From Candidatus Saccharimonadota bacterium (GTDB taxonomy: Bacteria; Pseudomonadota; Alphaproteobacteria; CAJXXZ01; 1604HC), in contig NZ_CP043314.1 of NCBI RefSeq assembly GCF_008189525.1, positions 1 through 32,000 of the forward strand: 32,000 nucleotides of DNA. The letters are read 5' to 3'. Numbering within the stretch: the stretch's first letter is position 1; every line of letters starts with the position of its first letter. The notes beneath the pieces were generated by a model, which saw only the letters and a program-made list of their open reading frames with translations, did not search any database and was not told the DNA's origin. Of this stretch, positions 26,871 through 32,000 are shown in pieces. Made by a program: the position numbers and the translations under genes.

Positions 26871-26976
26871 TGTTGGCGATGTCCTACTCTCGCGTAAACT
26901 ACCATCGGCGCAAAAGACTTTAACGGCCGAGTTCGGAATGGGATCGGGTGTTCTTTCTTTGCTATAGTCACCAACA
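26871..26976 (-). rRNA. rrf: 5S rRNA, orphan and short (~106 nt)
   Basis: Reverse complement reads TGTTGGTGACTATAGC...CACCCGATCCCATTCCGAACTCGG...GCGCCGATGGTAGT-TTACG-CGAGAGTAGGACATCGCCAACA. Helix I pairs TGTTGGTG with CGCCAACA. Loop C and loop E consensus blocks are present. Ends are +/-3 nt. No 23S rRNA is adjacent. Confidence 0.85.
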
Positions 26977-27223
26977 AAGGAATTGTATATTACAAAAATT
27001 ATTTTGTCTATACCCTTTTTAATAAATTTACAAATAATTTACAAAGAATGCTTATTTTTTATTTAAAGTATTGTTTTTAATTCTTCAAAACACTTTATTT
27101 AATATGATTTTTGATTACATACTGTTTCAGATAAAGTCTTTTTATATCAGGTTCACATTCTTTAACCACATTCTTTTAGTAAGTTTGGGCGCTTTATGAA
27201 AAAACATAGTATAATTTTGTGTC

Positions 27224-27490
27224 ATGTATCAAGTATTTCTTAAGAATGCACACAGTGTCATATTTTTACTGTTTTCAGTTTTTATTTTATCTACATTTTT
27301 TATATTCGTTTTTAAATATCAAAAATATACATTTCTGGTTCATATATCAGGATTATGTTGGTTTGTTTTTTGGTTCTTTGCTTTTTACAAATTAAATATT
27401 TTTCTATTTTTTATTACTTTATACACTAGCGCTATTTCTTCTAGGCTTTTGATAAAGTATGTCTTAAATAAGCAGAATTCAGAATTATGA
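27224..27490 (+). CDS. Doubtful small hydrophobic ORF (88 aa)
   Basis: F/L/I-rich translation of T-rich DNA. No SD, no recognisable family. May be spurious. Confidence 0.2.
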   Translation: MYQVFLKNAHSVIFLLFSVFILSTFFIFVFKYQKYTFLVHISGLCWFVFWFFAFYKLNIFLFFITLYTSAISSRLLIKYVLNKQNSEL

Positions 27491-27572
27491 ATAAAATCTC
27501 ATTATATGCATGTACACACTAAATTATCATACGAAGATTTAGAATTTTATTTATTTTGAATATGTTTTGAAT

Positions 27573-27866
27573 TTACGTTTTTTGGTTTATTTTTATATAT
27601 TTAACAGCTACAAATCCTAGATAGAAATTTATTGGCTCTATAAGCTCTTGGGATTTATACTGGAATGAGATTAGATTTTGGTTTTTCTCAACTCTAAGGA
27701 ATAAAGTTTTGGTTTTTAAGCAATAATGATATGGAAGCAAATCTTGCTCTTTAGATATATTGCTCCAATTTTTCCTTAAACTGGATATTACAGGATCATT
27801 TCCATACATAGGATCCAAAACTTTTGCTAAACTAGACCCCAAAGTTTTTGTAAAATATTTTCTCAT
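27573..27866 (-). CDS. DUF721 / DciA-like protein (candidate replicative helicase loader)
   Basis: 97 aa. The pattern L..L...W..I........H..P..L....L.L.V.......EL......LI..IN..LG...V..I (SLRKNWSNIS...PYHYCLKTKTLFLRVEKNQNLISFQYKSQELIEPINFYLGFVAVKYIKI) matches my recollection of DUF721. Resemblance by eye only. Confidence 0.45.
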   Translation of the reverse strand: MRKYFTKTLGSSLAKVLDPMYGNDPVISSLRKNWSNISKEQDLLPYHYCLKTKTLFLRVEKNQNLISFQYKSQELIEPINFYLGFVAVKYIKINQKT

Positions 27867-28041
27867 AATTTGATTTTTTCACTTTCGCTATAATTTACAT
27901 GTAACACATATATTATGATTTGTCTTTTGGTTTAGAATGACTTTGATCAGAAATAATTGAAGAAATAATACTTTTATGATAAATTTCTAGTCTAGTGATA
28001 AATAAAATGTATAAACAAATTGTTAATGAAATGAACGTAAG

Positions 28042-28914
28042 GTGGTGAACGAAGTGAACAAAAAATTATATGATGGTTCTACTAAAGATGATTTACAATC
28101 TGAAACACAACAAAAAACTTTCGAAGGAATTCTAAAAGGTAAAAAAGGTGTTGTTATGGGAGTTGCAAACAAAATGTCTATAGCTTACGGAGCTTTGAAT
28201 TGTTTGCTTGATCAGGGAGCTGAAGTTGGTTTTAGTTATCATCCTTTGGCAGCAAAAAGAGCAGAAAAAATACAAAGTGAATCTGGATCTTCATTTGCTA
28301 TAGAGTGTGATGTGGAAGATCCTAAAAATATAGAAAGATTTTTCCAGCAAGTTGAAGCTCAATTTGGAAAAATAGATTTTTTGGTTCATTCAATAGCTTT
28401 TGCAAATACAGAAGATATTAATGGAAACTATTATGACGTCCCTAAGGACGGTTTTCTGAAAGCCATGAATATATCTTGCTTTTCATTTACTAGCGCAGCT
28501 AAATATGCTTCAAAAATAATGAATGAAAATGGTTCTATGGTTACTATGTCTTATTACGGAGCTGAAAAATATATTCCAAATTACAATGTTATGGGTGTTG
28601 CAAAAGGTGCTCTAGAAACAAGTGTTAGGTATTTAGCTAATGACCTAGGTGTAGAAAAGTCAATCAAAGTTAACTGTATTTCAGCTGGACCTATTAGAAC
28701 TTTAGCTGCATCTGCTATAAGTGATTTTAAGAAATTACTTGATTGGCATGAGAATAACTCCCCTATACGAAGAAATACCACAATTACAGAAGTAGGTAAT
28801 AATGTTGTATTCCTAGCTAGTGATTTGTCTTCTGGAGTTACTGGGCAAGTAATCTATGTGGATAGTGGATATCACACTATAGGTGTAAAAGGTAAAGACT
28901 CAGATTCTATATAA
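28042..28914 (+). CDS. fabI: Enoyl-[acyl-carrier-protein] reductase (NADH) FabI
   Basis: 290 aa. LKGKKGVVMGVANKMSIAYG dinucleotide-binding motif, Y-x6-K catalytic pair region (SYYGAEKYIPNYNVMGVAKGALE), ISAGPIRTLAAS. The start may be GTG 28054, 8 nt after AAGGTGG. Confidence 0.9.
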   Translation: MVNEVNKKLYDGSTKDDLQSETQQKTFEGILKGKKGVVMGVANKMSIAYGALNCLLDQGAEVGFSYHPLAAKRAEKIQSESGSSFAIECDVEDPKNIERFFQQVEAQFGKIDFLVHSIAFANTEDINGNYYDVPKDGFLKAMNISCFSFTSAAKYASKIMNENGSMVTMSYYGAEKYIPNYNVMGVAKGALETSVRYLANDLGVEKSIKVNCISAGPIRTLAASAISDFKKLLDWHENNSPIRRNTTITEVGNNVVFLASDLSSGVTGQVIYVDSGYHTIGVKGKDSDSI

Positions 28915-29219
28915 ATTAAGATATTAGATATAAAGATATAAATGTGAGAATCTACTGTACATATCTGTACGCTAAAAGGTTCTACTAAAATCTACTAAAT
29001 GAATTTCACATAGAGATATACGATCAGAAATTTATATATTAAATGTACAAACCACCTTACAATTCCTTGAAAGTTTTTTATATATAGAAATATTTTCGTT
29101 ATATCTTTGAAAGTTAATGATATTTTTTATTAAACCATCTTGCCTAATTTAGATCATGATTTTAGAATCGGGTTATTCTGGGTTTCGAATTTATTTTATA
29201 TATAATTTATTTTATATAT

Positions 29220-30860
29220 TTATTTATTAGAGTCAGATCTCTTTAGCCCAGCTTCTACAAGCTTTCTAAATAAAGGATGAGGGTTTGTCATACTGCTTTG
29301 GAATTCAGGATGGAATTGTACTCCTACAAAGAATGGATGTTCTTTAATAGCAACACCTTCTAATAGAGATTTGTCAGGTGACCAAGCTCCTAGCTCAAAA
29401 ATAGCTTCTAAGTTCTTTTTATAAAAGGAGTGATTCACTTCGTATCTATGCCTATGTCTTTCTGAAATTAGTCCTTGATCATAAATATCTTTTAGCACTC
29501 CTGTAAGTGTGCATGGATATGAACCTAACCTCATGGTTCCACCTTTTTGTGATTCAGTCCATTCATCAATCAGACCTACTGCAGGGTTTTTAGATTTTAC
29601 GAACTCAGAAGAATTTGTATCTATATTACAAATATTCTGTAAAGCTTCTACTATCATAAGTTGCATTCCTAAACATATTCCCAAGCAAGGAATATTGTTT
29701 TCTCTGGCAAATTTAAGTGCTGATATTTTTTCTTTAGTTCCTCTTGCTCCAAATCCTCCTGGCACTATACAAGCATCAAAATCTTTCAATCCAGAGTAGT
29801 TTGAAACTTCAGATGTATCTATTGCCTCTAGTGTGAATTTTGTTCTATGGAATAGCGCAGCATGCTTTACAGCTTCAGTAACAGAGAAATAAGAATCTTT
29901 TATATTTTGATATTTAGTAATTATGGCAATTTTTAATTCTTTTTCTCTAATTGGTTCTTTCCTAACTACTTCTAAAATTTCACCTATAGAAGATGCATTT
30001 TGATTCTTTTGGAAAAAGTCACATATCTGAGCATCTAAACCATCTTCATGATATTGATTTACTACTTCATACAGAGATTTCTGAGTCCAAGCTCCGAAAA
30101 TATTAGATTCATCTACGTTAGCAAACATGGAAATCTTCTTTTTCCAATCACTGTTCGTATTTCTTTCTGATCTACAAATAATCATGTCAGGTTGTATTCC
30201 TGATCTTTGCAGCTCTCTAACAGAGTGTTGTACAGGCTTTGTCTTTAGTTCATTTGCGCTTTCTATATAAGGCATTAGCGCTAGGTGTATAAAAAGTGAA
30301 TTTCTATCATTTTTTTGCCCTTTTTGGTTTTGTAATCCTGCTTGTTTTTTTATTGCCTCTAGAAACGGAAGGCCTTCTATGTCCCCTACTGTTCCTCCTA
30401 TTTCACAAATCAGAAAATCTGTACCTTCAGGAATGTTTGAATTTATTATTTCAGATATTTTTTCAGTTATATGAGGAATTATTTGTACTGTCTTTCCTAA
30501 ATAGTCCCCTCTTCTTTCAGCGGTTATGACTTCAGAGAAAATTCTTCCAGATGTTATGTAATCATGCTTGTTGCACTTTACGTTTGCAAATCTTTCATAA
30601 TTACCTATATCCATATCAGTTTCTGTTCCATCTTCTGTTACAAAAACTTCTCCATGCTGTTCAGGACTTAAAGTTCCTGCATCTACATTTAAGTAAGGTT
30701 CTAATTTTCTAAGACAAACATTATATCCTCTGGATTTTAACAATAGTGCTATTGAAGAAGCTGTGATTCCTTTTCCTAATGAGGACATCACACCTCCTGT
30801 TATAAATATTGTGCTTACTTTGGATTGATTCTTTTTATTATTCTTATTTAGTTCTGTCAT
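29220..30860 (-). CDS. pyrG: CTP synthase
   Basis: 546 aa. FITGGVMSSLGKGITASS N-terminus, EIGGTVGDIE, glutamine amidotransferase motif GICLGMQ and HRHRYEVN, FVGVQFHPEF. Confidence 0.97.
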   Translation of the reverse strand: MTELNKNNKKNQSKVSTIFITGGVMSSLGKGITASSIALLLKSRGYNVCLRKLEPYLNVDAGTLSPEQHGEVFVTEDGTETDMDIGNYERFANVKCNKHDYITSGRIFSEVITAERRGDYLGKTVQIIPHITEKISEIINSNIPEGTDFLICEIGGTVGDIEGLPFLEAIKKQAGLQNQKGQKNDRNSLFIHLALMPYIESANELKTKPVQHSVRELQRSGIQPDMIICRSERNTNSDWKKKISMFANVDESNIFGAWTQKSLYEVVNQYHEDGLDAQICDFFQKNQNASSIGEILEVVRKEPIREKELKIAIITKYQNIKDSYFSVTEAVKHAALFHRTKFTLEAIDTSEVSNYSGLKDFDACIVPGGFGARGTKEKISALKFARENNIPCLGICLGMQLMIVEALQNICNIDTNSSEFVKSKNPAVGLIDEWTESQKGGTMRLGSYPCTLTGVLKDIYDQGLISERHRHRYEVNHSFYKKNLEAIFELGAWSPDKSLLEGVAIKEHPFFVGVQFHPEFQSSMTNPHPLFRKLVEAGLKRSDSNK

Positions 30861-30862
30861 GT

Positions 30863-31531
30863 TTACGCCTTCTTATTTATATTAGATTTCCTGGTTATAT
30901 TAGAATTATATTTCTTGTTTGGGCCTAAGGGCTTTAAGCTTACATTTCTTGTAGATTTTGCTAAATTATTCCTTTTTACAGGGTTTGTTCTAATTGACTT
31001 AGAGTTAGGAAGTTTATAGCTTATATTATTTTGGTTTCTTAGGTTTTTTGAATTTTCTGTTTCTGTAGGATTATTTAATTTGATAGTTTTTTGTTCATTG
31101 TTAATAGTGTTTCTATTTTTATTAATACCATCATCAATTAATGTGCCTTGATTATTAGGAGTATTTCCATCATAAGCTCCATTAATAGATTTCTGATCAT
31201 TATGGATTGGATTAGATGAGCTATCTGTATTCTTTTGTGCATTTTGTACATTAGATAGATTTCTAAGCTCAGATATATTCTGCTTGCTTTCTCTTTTTAC
31301 AAGAATTCCTGTGTATAAACAGAAAAAAACAAACATTGTAGCAAAGAAATAAGTAGCTTTTTCTGCTGGGTTTAATTTGTATCTTTTTTTTGGTCCTATG
31401 TTTTGCCCTATTCTTTCTTCTGGGTTTTGCAGAAAAATAACTAAAGACATTAAAATTACTGCCAAAAGGCTAAAAAACCATGAAATATATAACATAAGAT
31501 TTATTCTATTGAAAATTTTCTTCTTTATCAA
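30863..31531 (-). CDS. secG: Preprotein translocase subunit SecG with long low-complexity C-terminal tail
   Basis: Two TM segments with the SecG-like pattern (LLAVILMSLVIFLQNPEE..G and KATYFFATMFVFFCLYTGILV). Ends 2 nt before the pyrG start, matching the common secG-pyrG order. aa ~80-222 are N/K/S-rich. The start is possibly M13. Confidence 0.55.
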   Translation of the reverse strand: MIKKKIFNRINLMLYISWFFSLLAVILMSLVIFLQNPEERIGQNIGPKKRYKLNPAEKATYFFATMFVFFCLYTGILVKRESKQNISELRNLSNVQNAQKNTDSSSNPIHNDQKSINGAYDGNTPNNQGTLIDDGINKNRNTINNEQKTIKLNNPTETENSKNLRNQNNISYKLPNSKSIRTNPVKRNNLAKSTRNVSLKPLGPNKKYNSNITRKSNINKKA

Positions 31532-31622
31532 TCGAAATTGACTTCTTAATTTAATGAATTACAAATTGAGTTTAGAAAAGTTTTCCTGGAAACTTCATTG
31601 ATTATGAATTAGAATAATAAGC

Positions 31623-32000
31623 ATGTGTATATTTTGCGTGTTTTGGTTCTTACCATTTCTAACTAATGCTAATTTATTTGTTTTCTTTGCTCTTGCTGGG
31701 TTGTTTGTAATTTCTTTATTTAAGCCAAAGGTTTTGCCTATTTTCGTCGGCGCTACGTTATTTACCTTTTTGTTTAAAATAACATATGCTAATCCCTATT
31801 CTTTGCTAGTTACAATTCCTGTAATTGCTTTATTTCATAAGAATATGAAAAAAATATATTATAAGATGTTTGTAGAAAAAACTTGCTCAAGTACAAGTAA
31901 CGTATTCTTTTCTTCATCTATTGTGTTTGTGATAGCAATGTTCGTAGGCCATGGATTGTTCTACTTTATTCCAGTCAACCCTTACATTAAATTCTTGATA
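31623..32000 (+). CDS. Partial ORF (5' part) of a polytopic membrane protein, runs off the window
   Basis: Not in the supplied track. My own translation from ATG 31623 stays open for 126 codons to the window end, which is notable in AT-rich DNA. It encodes several hydrophobic segments (FVFFALAGLFVISLF, VLPIFVGATLFTFLF, SIVFVIAMFVGHGLFYFI). Family unknown. Confidence 0.4.
   Translation, partial: MCIFCVFWFLPFLTNANLFVFFALAGLFVISLFKPKVLPIFVGATLFTFLFKITYANPYSLLVTIPVIALFHKNMKKIYYKMFVEKTCSSTSNVFFSSSIVFVIAMFVGHGLFYFIPVNPYIKFLI

Noticed and set aside
26977-27572. A 23S rRNA or a fragment of it upstream of the minus-strand 5S gene.
   Set aside because: I found none of the conserved 23S 3'-domain sequences by eye, and the region is far too short and AT-rich for a 23S gene.
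1-32000. Alternative genetic code (TGA as Trp), and mobile elements, prophage or defence islands.
   Set aside because: Conserved Trp positions use TGG, and several well-delimited genes end at TGA with correct C-termini. No integrase, transposase, restriction, toxin-antitoxin or phage-structural genes were recognised apart from the domesticated capsid-like encapsulin.

Overview
AT-rich (by eye about 30% G+C, not computed), tightly packed bacterial chromosome segment using the standard code (TGG for Trp, TGA used as stop). Almost everything is housekeeping. The gene order (murB-ddl, secG-pyrG, type-A RNase P RNA, a DciA-like gene) suggests a reduced, probably host-associated, alphaproteobacterium-like genome; that assignment is inference. 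From left to right: a GspE/PilB ATPase, a GspF/PilC platform protein and an orphan bitopic protein; cca, tatD, rbfA; a putative outer-membrane protein; ftsK; a long minus-strand block (hypothetical, priA, dnaX, tsaC, rsmE, dapF); rnpB; murB-ddl; murJ; a 2-Cys peroxiredoxin; dapD. The standout follows: a two-gene operon with an 8-nt start/stop overlap. It encodes a Family-2B-type encapsulin shell protein (capsid-like C-terminal region plus an inserted cNMP-binding-like domain) and a SufS-type cysteine desulfurase with a ~155-aa low-complexity N-terminal extension, a likely cargo-loading domain. After it come tRNA-Cys, an orphan and shortened 5S rRNA inside a 1.3-kb gene-poor stretch, a DciA-like gene, fabI, secG-pyrG and a partial membrane-protein ORF. 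I saw no transposase, integrase, prophage or CRISPR array. All family assignments come from motif recognition by eye, not from database searches.
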